Of a stretch of DNA of 24,045 nucleotides, positions 16,324 through 24,045 are shown piece after piece. Each line of letters begins with the position of its first letter. Position 1 is the stretch's first letter. Origin of the DNA: a virus. Its lineage: Duplodnaviria; Caudoviricetes. Made by a program: the position numbers and the translations under genes. A model generated the notes under the pieces. It was not told where the DNA came from. It ran no database searches and was given only the letters and a program-made list of their open reading frames with translations. The stretch spans positions 1-24,045 of IMG/VR virus record IMGVR_UViG_3300010376_000128; one strand, written 5' to 3'.

Positions 16324-17472
16324 TCAGCCCAGGCCGGTCAGGCCGTCCGCGATCGAGGTTGAGGGCGCTGAGAGAAGTGACTGCTTGAAGAGCTGGATCC
16401 GCTCCTCGCTCGTCATCTCGGCAACGGACTTCCCCTCCTGCGCCGGGCGGAGGGATCCGGTGGCGACCTGGGCTCCCAGCTTGCGCTGTTCGGCCTCGCT
16501 CGCCGCCGCCTGCTGGGCCTGGGCCTCCGCCGACTGCTGTGCTCCGGCGACGGCCCGCCCGTGGGCGACTCGCACGATCTCGATCATCCCCTGGAACTGC
16601 TGCTGGGGGTCGGGACTGGCGATGGCGTTCTTGATCAGCGGGCTGGTGTTCGGGTCGTTGAACGCGGGTACGACCTGCTCCCGCACGATGGGCCAGTCCT
16701 CGTCGCTGACGCCGAGCTGGGTACGAGCCCCGTCGGCCAGCATCGTGAACTGCTCGCGGGCCCGCATCTGCTCCAGCACCGGATCGGGTCCGGGCTGGGG
16801 CTGCTGGGCCTGCACCTCCATCGCCTGCTCTTCCTGGAGGAAGTTGTCGTAGCGCGAGGCGAACCGTCCGGCCTGGAACGGATCCTGCTCCGCCCAGACC
16901 TGGATCCCGGTCTCGATCAGATCGGGCCGGTTCTCGGCCAGCCAGTTCATCGCCTGGTTGGCCCCCTGCTCCTCAAACATGTTCTCCAGGCTGGCGACCG
17001 TCTCCTCCGAGACGGGCTCCGGGACGGGCTCGTCAGCGCCCATCGTGGCCTGGTCGAGACGCCCCTCAAGCCGGGCCATCTGCTGACGCAGATCGCCCAG
17101 CTCTTGGCCCTGACGGCCGATCAGACCCTGGGCGTGCTCGCGCTCGGAGAGCGCCGCCGCCAGGGCTGCCTGAGCGTCACCGTCATGCTGGTCGAGGAAC
17201 GCCGCTACTGCAGGATCCTGCTCGGGCTCGGCCTGCCCGCCGTCCTCCGGCGGAGCCTCCTCCGGTGGCACCGGCACCCGCGGCTGAGCGTCGGGCGACA
17301 GCGGCTGGACTGTCGGAATCGCCTGCTCGACGAACCGATCCTCGTCGCTGCGCGGGGCCTCGTCGATCGGGCCCAGCCCGCGCTCTGCGAGCGCTGCACC
17401 GAAGCCGCTATCCGTGTTGATGTCGCTCTCGGACGGCGAGAGGTCGGTGCCCTCTGGTTCCTGGTTTCCCAT
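16324..17472 (-). CDS. Capsid scaffolding protein (382 aa)
   Basis: AGGAGG RBS; very acidic and coiled-coil-like, with the IGRQGQELGDLRQ motif; lies between portal region and capsid gene. Confidence 0.82.
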   Translation of the reverse strand: MGNQEPEGTDLSPSESDINTDSGFGAALAERGLGPIDEAPRSDEDRFVEQAIPTVQPLSPDAQPRVPVPPEEAPPEDGGQAEPEQDPAVAAFLDQHDGDAQAALAAALSEREHAQGLIGRQGQELGDLRQQMARLEGRLDQATMGADEPVPEPVSEETVASLENMFEEQGANQAMNWLAENRPDLIETGIQVWAEQDPFQAGRFASRYDNFLQEEQAMEVQAQQPQPGPDPVLEQMRAREQFTMLADGARTQLGVSDEDWPIVREQVVPAFNDPNTSPLIKNAIASPDPQQQFQGMIEIVRVAHGRAVAGAQQSAEAQAQQAAASEAEQRKLGAQVATGSLRPAQEGKSVAEMTSEERIQLFKQSLLSAPSTSIADGLTGLG

Positions 17473-17487
17473 GATCCCTCCTGGGGA

Positions 17488-17871
17488 TTAGCGGGTGTAC
17501 ACCGAGCCGTCTGACTCGGCTGCCTGCGCGGCCATCTCTTCCTGGGCCAGCCGCCACGCCTTGCGGGCAGCTCGCTCCAGGCTGGCCTCGGCTTGCTCCG
17601 GGTGGCCGAGGATCCACTCGACGCCCTGGTAGAAGCCGCGGTTGAAGTCGATCTCCCCTTGCGGAACCGACTCCCCCTTCATCAGTCGCCTGGCCAGCTT
17701 GGCGAAGAACCGTTCCCGGTCTGCCTCCGCGTGCTCGCGCAAGCGCTTCCAACCTTCGTGGTCTTTCAGTGAGTCGAAGAGGTGCGCGTCCCGGATCGTC
17801 TGCCTGACCCGCGGGTCCTTCTTGGCCCGCTCGGCAACGAAGTCCGCAACCTCTTCGGGCGTGTCGGTCAT
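17488..17871 (-). CDS. Small helical protein downstream of portal (127 aa)
   Basis: ATGA overlap with the portal stop; HEGWKRL...RGFYQGVEWILGHPE resembles small post-portal proteins of podoviruses. Confidence 0.78.
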   Translation of the reverse strand: MTDTPEEVADFVAERAKKDPRVRQTIRDAHLFDSLKDHEGWKRLREHAEADRERFFAKLARRLMKGESVPQGEIDFNRGFYQGVEWILGHPEQAEASLERAARKAWRLAQEEMAAQAAESDGSVYTR

Positions 17872-19853
17872 CGCTGGCCACCACGCAGGGCCAGCAGGCG
17901 CTGCATGTTGAGGGCGGGCGAGACCGACATGCCCTGGGCCGAGCTAGGCTGCGAGGCGTCCACAGCCTGACCCGAGGTGACGCCCACGTTGGGCCCGCCG
18001 GGCTGCGGCAGGCCTCCGCCCTGGTCGGGCTGGATGCCGACGAACTGGCCTGCCTCGCCGGTCTGGCCGGGCGAGAGCATGCCGCGCAGCGTGACCTTCG
18101 GGGCGTAGCCCATGAGCATCGCGGCCATGCTCGGATCCGGCTGCTGCTGGGGCTCAAAGAAGGCCTGCACCTCGTCCTCCAGACCCCACTGCCGCATCCA
18201 CCAGAGCACCACCTGATGCATGTCGATCGGCTGGCCACTGACGTAGCTCTGCGGGAAGACCTGCTGCATCATCTGCAAGACACTACTGGCCTCGGCGCGG
18301 CGCTCCTGGCGAATCTGGGACTCGCCCACGAGGCGCAGGTCGACGATGAAGTCGCCCTGGATCTGCAGCGGCGAGATCTGCCGGAACGCCTTCTGGCCCT
18401 TGGGCCCGTCGACGGCGACGAGCCGCCAGTCCGAGATGAACTGCTGGCAGTTCTTCAGCCGCAGCATGGCCTCCTTGCGCAGGCCCTGCTGGACGTGGAA
18501 CTTCTTCGACGCCAGCGCCTGCTGGGCGGCGTTCATCACGATCGTCGCGCCCGTCGCAGTCTTCTGGTCGACCGTGGCCGAGTCGGTGCCCGAGGCGAAG
18601 GGCATGGCGTTGGTGATGTTCTGCAGGTCGCCCTTGAGCAGCGACTCGGTCTGCAGCGTGGCCTCGATGAGCTGGTAGGGCGGCGTCAGCGGCTGCACCT
18701 GGCTCGGGTCGTCGACCAGCCAGCGAGCCCCTGGGTAGAACTCAAAGGCGTCCGGGTCCTCGATGTCCGAGCGGAAGAGGTAGATCGCGTTGTTGATCAG
18801 CTCGGTGTTGTCGAAGCGCTGGTTGGCGATCTCCCACAACATCTCCTGCAATTCCGCGATCAGCTCGATGTCCGACATTCCGATCGTCGAGAAGGGCTGC
18901 GGCATCGAATTGGCCACGACAAAGGGGTAGTTGCCGTGCCAGAAGGGATTGGCCTCCCAGTCGCGCAGGACGGTCTGGCGATTGCCGATGTAACAGCGCT
19001 GCACCTTTCCGTCGTGGAAGCCCCAGTACTCCAGGACTTCGATCAGGTCCTTCTGCTTGTTGATCTGGAAGACCTCGGAGCTGCGATCGTTGTACTCGCT
19101 CTGCTGGAAATCGCGGGTCTCCTTCAGGGAGTCGACATTCGACACGAATCCCGAGCGCTCCAGCATCTTGAGCTGCTCAAAGGAGTACCAGCAGCGGTGG
19201 ATCACGTACTGGGCTCCGCCGGGGTCGAAGGGGTCGAGCGTCCTGGCCGACTCGTGGACGATGAAGTCCCGCGGATCGACGACCTCGCAGGTCGAGCGGT
19301 CGTGCAGCACGCCCTCCTCGGTGATCTCCTGCAGGGTCGGGACGTGGATCGAGCCGCCGTACATGTCCGGCACCTCGCGCAGCCCCACGGCCTGCTTGGT
19401 GATCGCGCCCTTGGTGTAGTTCCAGTACGACTTGAGGACGCCACGGCCCCCGATCGCGGCGGTCAGGTAGAACGGCCGCTGCTTCAGGTCCATGTCGTCG
19501 TTCTTGTACTCCTCGCGCAGCAGGTCCTGAACCGCCTCGACCTGATCGAGCAGCAGCTTGGCCTCGTCCTGCGAGATGCCGATCTTCGGGCTCGGCTGGA
19601 TGTCCATCGGCAGGCCTGGGTCGACCTGATTGCCGACGATCGTCTCCAGCAGGTTGAAGGCGTAGGGCGGGTGGTACTTGTGCTTCCACTTGGCCGCGTC
19701 CGAGTTGACCTGCAGCACGCCGCGGTAGGCCCGCTCTCCGCGCTCGTAGTGGCGCACGAACGCGCCGTGGCTCTTCTGGGCCTCGCCGTACTTGCGCTGG
19801 ACGACGCTGAGCGCGTCGGCCTCGCCGTCGACGGTGGCCAGAGCGACGGCCAT
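17868..19853 (-). CDS. Portal protein, P22/SU10-like (661 aa)
   Basis: Size and position; GRGVLKSYW, VVDPRDFIV, IEVLEYW, NPFWHGNYPFV and TATGA motifs; Q/P/G-rich C-terminal tail. Confidence 0.9.
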   Translation of the reverse strand: MAVALATVDGEADALSVVQRKYGEAQKSHGAFVRHYERGERAYRGVLQVNSDAAKWKHKYHPPYAFNLLETIVGNQVDPGLPMDIQPSPKIGISQDEAKLLLDQVEAVQDLLREEYKNDDMDLKQRPFYLTAAIGGRGVLKSYWNYTKGAITKQAVGLREVPDMYGGSIHVPTLQEITEEGVLHDRSTCEVVDPRDFIVHESARTLDPFDPGGAQYVIHRCWYSFEQLKMLERSGFVSNVDSLKETRDFQQSEYNDRSSEVFQINKQKDLIEVLEYWGFHDGKVQRCYIGNRQTVLRDWEANPFWHGNYPFVVANSMPQPFSTIGMSDIELIAELQEMLWEIANQRFDNTELINNAIYLFRSDIEDPDAFEFYPGARWLVDDPSQVQPLTPPYQLIEATLQTESLLKGDLQNITNAMPFASGTDSATVDQKTATGATIVMNAAQQALASKKFHVQQGLRKEAMLRLKNCQQFISDWRLVAVDGPKGQKAFRQISPLQIQGDFIVDLRLVGESQIRQERRAEASSVLQMMQQVFPQSYVSGQPIDMHQVVLWWMRQWGLEDEVQAFFEPQQQPDPSMAAMLMGYAPKVTLRGMLSPGQTGEAGQFVGIQPDQGGGLPQPGGPNVGVTSGQAVDASQPSSAQGMSVSPALNMQRLLALRGGQR

Positions 19854-20186
19854 CTATCGCGCCATCCGCTGGGCGAGCTTCAGCCCCGGTCCGACGCCGA
19901 CGGCCTGGTCGACCTCCTTGGCCCGACCGGCCAGCATCTTGTGGACGGCCGCGACGAGCTTGGCGATCTCCGCCTTGTCGGCCGGATCGCTCTCGACCTT
20001 GAAGGCCTGCTCCAAGGCGCTGGCTGCCCTTTTCAGCGCAGCGGCCTCCGCCGCGTCCTCTCCGGCACCGCCGGGGTCGCCGTCGCCTCCTGGGCCCACT
20101 GGAGGCCCGCCAGGGCCTCCCATGAGCTGGGGCGGAATCGGCAGCGCCTGCGGCGGCGGGCCTGCCATCGGTCCGAGTGCGGACAT
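19854..20186 (-). CDS. Hypothetical Pro/Gly-rich then helical protein (110 aa)
   Basis: GAGGAGG RBS; fills the gap between terminase and portal exactly; TAGATG junction to portal. Confidence 0.78.
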   Translation of the reverse strand: MSALGPMAGPPPQALPIPPQLMGGPGGPPVGPGGDGDPGGAGEDAAEAAALKRAASALEQAFKVESDPADKAEIAKLVAAVHKMLAGRAKEVDQAVGVGPGLKLAQRMAR

Positions 20187-20196
20187 GTGTCCTCCT

Positions 20197-21915
20197 CTAG
20201 TGCGTGCGCACCGGGCTGCCCCGGTACTTGGTCTTCTTCACGAGGCTGGGCCTCGACGGCATGCGGCCGTCCTGGCGGAACATCTCGACGCAGAGCGCGA
20301 GCGAGATCACCCGGTCGTCGTTGCAGCCCGCCATCGCCCGCGGGCTCGGGTTGGTCTCGGCGTAGACGAACGTGCCCAGCTCGCTGATGTCGCCCGCGCT
20401 GACGAAGGGAAACTGGCGCAGGCGGATCCAGTTGGCGAGCTGGGTCAGGACCTGGGAGCGCGTCTTCAGGCCCATCGGGAAGCCGTACTCCTCCGCGATC
20501 GGCCGGTCGCCCCTGGTGAACTTCTTGTGCCGGTAGACCCGCCTGTATGCAGGCAGATTCTGGGTTCCGTCCTTGAGCGCGATGATCAGCGCATCGCCGT
20601 AGCCGCCCTGGCGCTCGACGCAGATCTTGGCCTCGTTGTACCAGCGGCCCAGGTAGTGGAGCTGGATCGCCGCCCGCGGCGCTTCCATCTTGGCCCGGAA
20701 CTCGGCCACGATCGCCCCCGACTCCAGGTCGATGACGTGAGCGCTGGTGAAGTCCGAGCCCCGGCCGGTGGCGCAGTCGACGGCCAGCGCGTACGGACGC
20801 TCGGGAGCGGGCTTGGTGAAGATGTCGATCGAGCCGTCCTTGAAGTGGACGAACTTGGCCCTGCGCCTGCCGGTCACGGCGAACTGGCCGGTGAAGATCG
20901 GGCGCATGATCTCGCGCCGGTACCACTTCAGGGCATCGCTGTCGAAGTACAGGTGCCCCGAGAGCATGAAGGCGTCCGCCTCGGTCAGCGGGTACTGCTG
21001 GTTGCGCTCGACCTCGTCGAGCTTCATGGCCTCTTCCTGGTACCAGGCCTCGTCCCGCGTCGGCTCCAGGTTCCAGGGCAGGAAGCGGTACTCCAGCTTC
21101 TTCTCGCGCCGAGTGTGGTAGAGCCAGTGGAAGTAGTTGCCGACGCCGGTCTCCAGGTTGGAGACACCGGCAGCCGTGGAGATCATGACCAGCTTGGCCC
21201 GGCCCCTGGTCGTGGCCGGGTTGATCGCCGTGTAGATCTCGCGGGCATAGTCCATCCGGGCGACCTCGTCCATGATGGCGAAGCTCACCCTGGAGCCGTG
21301 ACCGTGGCGCTTGGTGGCGGGCAGCGCCTGGAAGCCGGAGATGCGCCCGTCACCGTGCTGCAGCTTGATCCACTCGGCGGGCTCCTCGGAGCGCGACGGC
21401 GTCAGCACCTTGACGTGCGAGCGCAGCGTCTCGGGAAGAGCCATGTACATCGCCCAGGCTGCCTGGATCAGCTTCTTGGCCTCGCCCTCCTCGTAGCTGT
21501 AGGCCACGCTGAAGGAGCCGGGCCGGTAGAGCATCAGCCAGAGCACGTAGGCGCAGGCCAGCAGGGTGACGCCGAGCTGCCGCGCCTTGAGGATCAGGTA
21601 CTTCTTCTTCTCCGGGTCGTGCCACCAGTCGACGAGCAGCGTCTGCCAGTACCAGTCCTCGGTACCGGCCTTGCTGAACTCCCACTCGCCGCCCGGCATC
21701 GGCTCGATCGGCTCGACCCAGGTCTTGGGCGGGTACATCTTGAACTCGATCCAGGCGTTGTGCTGGGCGGTCTGGTCGGCGTCGGCCTGCGAGGGATCGA
21801 AGAAGCGGATCTCGTTGATCAGCGCCTTGGGGTCGCGCTGGGCTGCCTCACGCACCAGCATCAGCCGGATCTCTTCGGCCAGCGCGGCAACAGCCGGGGA
21901 CTTGGTCAGCTCCAC
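20197..21915 (-). CDS. terL: Terminase large subunit (~572 aa)
   Basis: Walker A LILKARQLGVT, Walker B FAIMDEVA, coupling motif MISTA, nuclease YALAVDCATGRGSDF and GCNDDRVISLAL; GTG at 21915 preceded by AGGAGG. Confidence 0.93.
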   Translation of the reverse strand: MELTKSPAVAALAEEIRLMLVREAAQRDPKALINEIRFFDPSQADADQTAQHNAWIEFKMYPPKTWVEPIEPMPGGEWEFSKAGTEDWYWQTLLVDWWHDPEKKKYLILKARQLGVTLLACAYVLWLMLYRPGSFSVAYSYEEGEAKKLIQAAWAMYMALPETLRSHVKVLTPSRSEEPAEWIKLQHGDGRISGFQALPATKRHGHGSRVSFAIMDEVARMDYAREIYTAINPATTRGRAKLVMISTAAGVSNLETGVGNYFHWLYHTRREKKLEYRFLPWNLEPTRDEAWYQEEAMKLDEVERNQQYPLTEADAFMLSGHLYFDSDALKWYRREIMRPIFTGQFAVTGRRRAKFVHFKDGSIDIFTKPAPERPYALAVDCATGRGSDFTSAHVIDLESGAIVAEFRAKMEAPRAAIQLHYLGRWYNEAKICVERQGGYGDALIIALKDGTQNLPAYRRVYRHKKFTRGDRPIAEEYGFPMGLKTRSQVLTQLANWIRLRQFPFVSAGDISELGTFVYAETNPSPRAMAGCNDDRVISLALCVEMFRQDGRMPSRPSLVKKTKYRGSPVRTH

Positions 21916-21965
21916 GAACCCTCCTGGGGTAGGCTGGGGCATCTCAGAGGAAAGGAGGTCACAGG

Positions 21966-22190
21966 ATGACCGCACAGTCCGAGAAGCAGAAGCTCGGCAT
22001 CCAGGCATCGAACGAAGCCAAGTCCGAGCTGATCAAGAAGCACAAGGACGAGTTCGACGAGCTGCACCGCGCCAAGCGGACGGCGCTCGGCCTCAACCCG
22101 AATCCGGGCTCGCAGGCGCTCACGCTGGCCGAGAAGATCGAGAAGGCGCAGAAGCACCTCAACGATCTGATGGCCCAGCAGGCTGCCTAG
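21966..22190 (+). CDS. Lone plus-strand small helical Lys/Glu-rich protein (74 aa)
   Basis: Strong GAAAGGAGGT RBS; strongly GC3-biased codons; occupies an otherwise empty gap. Confidence 0.82.
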   Translation: MTAQSEKQKLGIQASNEAKSELIKKHKDEFDELHRAKRTALGLNPNPGSQALTLAEKIEKAQKHLNDLMAQQAA

Positions 22191-22360
22191 ACGAATCGCA
22201 CGAGCACACCCAGGATCGCGTACAGCTTCTGGGTGTGCTCGGGCATCTCGCCCTGCGTGATCAGCGGCCAGGTGATGGTGATCGGGTGGCCGATCTCCTC
22301 GTGGACCTTGATCTTGGCTGGCAGGGCCTTGAGGGCCCCCAGCTTGTGGCCGGTCTTCAT
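22187..22360 (-). CDS. Hypothetical protein (57 aa), not in ORF track
   Basis: Hand translation MKTGHKLGALKALPAKIKVHEEIGHPITITWPLITQGEMPEHTQKLYAILGVLVRFV*; ATGA overlap with the upstream gene; high GC3. Confidence 0.68.
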   Translation of the reverse strand: MKTGHKLGALKALPAKIKVHEEIGHPITITWPLITQGEMPEHTQKLYAILGVLVRFV

Positions 22361-22578
22361 GTCGAGCGCACGCCCTCCCGGATCCCGAGGTCGTGCTGGT
22401 AGCGGGTCTTGCCGCCGCCCTCGTCGAACTCCAGCACCGGGTACTTGAGACGGCGCGTGGTGTCCTTCGGGTAGCTGCGGGCCAGCTCCTCCGGCGTCCG
22501 GTCGAGGCGGTGTGCGAGACGCACGAGCGTCGACGAGAGCGCGGGGAGGTTGCTGGCCCGCTTCTTCTTCGGCCGCAT
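22357..22578 (-). CDS. Small basic hypothetical protein (~73 aa), start uncertain
   Basis: 3' part of track ORF 22357..22809 (MRPKKKRASNLP...); stop overlaps the next ATG; no clear RBS. Confidence 0.5.
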   Translation of the reverse strand: MRPKKKRASNLPALSSTLVRLAHRLDRTPEELARSYPKDTTRRLKYPVLEFDEGGGKTRYQHDLGIREGVRST

Positions 22579-22609
22579 CCAGGCGTTGGTGTCGGCCGCG
22601 ATCGGGTCC

Positions 22610-23011
22610 TTACTCGACAGGAGGTTCCTCGACGGGCTCGGCAGCGCCACCGGCAGCGGCCAGGTCGACGTTCTCGTCCCCGCTGGGCTCGGCGGGCTCC
22701 TCGCCCGGCTCGGCACCGAGCAGCGCGTCGGCAACGGACTGCAGCTCCTGCTGGATCGAGGCCACGGCGGCGGAGATCGCCTCGGCCTCCTCGGAGAAGT
22801 CGAGCGCACCGATGGCGGCGGCGATCTCCTTCAGCTTGCTGGCAGCGTCCTGTATCGCGGTCATCTCTTCCTCCTCGCTCGGCCACTGGCAGAGAGCGCA
22901 GTGGTCGGGGTGGTGGTTCGGCGTGACGAGCCTATCGCAATGGAGGCAGTGACCAGGCCCGTTGCACTCGTAGGGGTGGAAGTGGTCGGGGGTGTCGTAG
23001 AAGGTGCTCAC
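22610..23011 (-). CDS. Hypothetical protein: Cys/His-rich N-terminus plus acidic helical part (133 aa; internal start at 22864 gives 84 aa)
   Basis: GTG at 23011 in a GTGA overlap; CNGPGHCLHC..HHPDHCALC; an in-frame ATG at 22864 has its own GAGGAGG RBS. Confidence 0.62.
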   Translation of the reverse strand: MSTFYDTPDHFHPYECNGPGHCLHCDRLVTPNHHPDHCALCQWPSEEEEMTAIQDAASKLKEIAAAIGALDFSEEAEAISAAVASIQQELQSVADALLGAEPGEEPAEPSGDENVDLAAAGGAAEPVEEPPVE

Positions 23012-23304
23012 AGACTGGAGTCCCGGATCTCGTGCAGGACTCTTATGCGCAGCAGCGGGTTGTGTGGCCGCACGTACTGGTCGGGGATCACCCAGAGCAG
23101 GAACTCCTCGGCCTGGGGGAAGCACGAGATCTGGCGCTGGTCGGTGAAGACGATCAGCTCGGCCCACTCGTCCAGCATGGCCAGGGTCTCCTTGCTCGCA
23201 GTGTCGACGCCGACGGCCAGCGTCTCATGGCCCTTGTTCGACAGCAGGGCGGCGATGGTCGGGCTGCGCGAGATGCCGCGGTCACAGACACACAGGATCT
23301 TCAC
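23008..23304 (-). CDS. Low-molecular-weight protein phosphatase / ArsC-fold protein (98 aa)
   Basis: GTGA-coupled start; MKILCVCDRGISRS carries the N-terminal CX5RS P-loop; EWAELIV and IPDQY match the WAD.I and IPDPY elements of the family. Confidence 0.8.
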   Translation of the reverse strand: MKILCVCDRGISRSPTIAALLSNKGHETLAVGVDTASKETLAMLDEWAELIVFTDQRQISCFPQAEEFLLWVIPDQYVRPHNPLLRIRVLHEIRDSSL

Positions 23305-23495
23305 TCGTCGTGCTGAGGCCAGGCGACGATCTCGCCCATCAGCTCGCGCCGATGCTTGGCGAAGGTCTCGGCAACCGTGTCGGCCCACTCGGGCTCGGGC
23401 ATCTGGCCGTGGGCCAGGCCGAGGGAGATCTCCTCGACCACGTCGAGAAGGGACTGGATGGCGCGGCGCTCGGGCCCTGGGATCGGCGGATCCAT
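23301..23495 (-). CDS. Hypothetical protein (64 aa)
   Basis: TGATG and GTGA coupling to both neighbours; amphipathic helical sequence. Confidence 0.68.
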   Translation of the reverse strand: MDPPIPGPERRAIQSLLDVVEEISLGLAHGQMPEPEWADTVAETFAKHRRELMGEIVAWPQHDE

Positions 23496-23680
23496 CAGCA
23501 GTCGCTCGCCACGCAGGTGTGGTAGCCGGGCGGCTGCGCCGTGTGGTCGGGAGGCTGCAGCGCCCAGATGGTCAAGGAGGCGACGATGATCACGAGGATC
23601 GCGGCAAGCGGCCAGTACTCGCCCACGAGCGACTGGCGCTCGGGCTCGGGCGGATCTGGGACGAGATGCAGGTCAGCCAA
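23495..23680 (-). CDS. Small single-pass membrane protein (61 aa)
   Basis: TTG start overlapping the recombinase end; hydrophobic YWPLAAILVIIVASLTIWAL segment. Confidence 0.62.
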   Translation of the reverse strand: MADLHLVPDPPEPERQSLVGEYWPLAAILVIIVASLTIWALQPPDHTAQPPGYHTCVASDC

Positions 23681-24045
23681 GGGTCACCCGCATCGTCTCG
23701 GCAAGCTGCTCGATGTCCCAGTCGACGTACACGTCGGCGGTCGTGGAGATCGAGGCGTGCCCCAGAAGGCGCTGGACGGCCTTGAGGTTGCCGGTCCGGT
23801 CGAGAACACGCTGGCCCGCGGAGTGGCGTGCCTTGTGCATCCGCTGGCCGGACGTGGTGCCCTCCTCGACGAGACCGGCAGCGGTGAGGCGGGCGTACCA
23901 CCAGTCGTGCAGGCCGTGCAGACCCATGGCGATCCCTGGGTAGCGCTTGTGCTCAAAGCGGCTCCCCCCGTCACTTGTGTAGCCGCGCCAGACCTGGCGG
24001 CGGCGGCAGAGCAGGTAGTCCCCGGAGCAGAGCGCCAGGTCGTCC
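23673..24045 (-). CDS. Tyrosine recombinase / integrase family, C-terminal part (5' end beyond window)
   Basis: Frame is open to the window edge; RMHKARHS (HxxR), VQRLLGHASISTTADVY (LLGH and catalytic Tyr). Confidence 0.9.
   Translation of the reverse strand, partial: DDLALCSGDYLLCRRRQVWRGYTSDGGSRFEHKRYPGIAMGLHGLHDWWYARLTAAGLVEEGTTSGQRMHKARHSAGQRVLDRTGNLKAVQRLLGHASISTTADVYVDWDIEQLAETMRVTLG

Larger units (their letters stand above)
1..24045 (-). mobile_element. Podovirus-like phage/prophage segment (packaging, head, short tail and ejection modules)
   Basis: Co-oriented, tightly coupled terminase-portal-scaffold-capsid-adaptor-nozzle genes. No host housekeeping genes, no tape measure/tube/sheath and no att sites are visible, so free phage versus prophage cannot be decided. 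Confidence 0.93.

Noticed and set aside
5067-20199. Genome-wide TAG reassignment (alternative genetic code)
   Set aside because: terL, capsid, adaptor, nozzle and fibre B end at TAG at their natural C-termini with the next gene out of frame or distant, and no conserved gene is interrupted internally by TAG.
5397-21969. Other long plus-strand ORFs (5397..7214, 8021..9667, 14935..16362, 16561..17514, 18216..20387, 19792..21969)
   Set aside because: Each lies opposite a well-supported minus-strand gene and has shadow-ORF composition.
23495-23680. Holin call for the single-TM protein
   Set aside because: No adjacent endolysin and no family motif; left as a membrane protein of unknown function.
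1-24045. tRNA, rRNA, CRISPR array, IS element or att site
   Set aside because: Coding density is near complete; the few gaps (<=120 bp) show no cloverleaf, spaced repeats or terminal inverted repeats by eye.

Overview
The whole window reads as part of a high-GC tailed phage or prophage, with almost all genes on the minus strand. Right to left: the C-terminal part of a tyrosine recombinase; a cluster of small genes, including a low-molecular-weight phosphatase/ArsC-fold protein; one lone plus-strand gene; terminase large subunit; portal; scaffolding protein; major capsid protein; small head-region genes; four fibre-like genes, two of them paralogous Gly-rich proteins; head-tail adaptor; nozzle; a small receptor-binding protein; and putative ejection (internal virion) genes. 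No tape measure, tail tube or sheath gene is visible, so the architecture is podovirus-like. The main find is missing from the ORF track because it runs off the left edge: a minus-strand gene starting at 5066 and open to the window start (at least 1688 aa, translated by hand). It strings together a peptidoglycan-binding motif, a DNA-glycosylase-like (HhH-GPD-like) domain, an unknown domain, an ADP-ribosyltransferase-like domain and an HExxH metallopeptidase, with an L[Y/F]Q motif recurring near domain boundaries. I infer it is a virion-delivered, possibly self-processing multi-effector protein. The four ejection-region genes share one reading frame broken only by three TAG codons. Family names come from motif recognition, not database searches. 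The host is unknown; an actinobacterium is a guess from composition.
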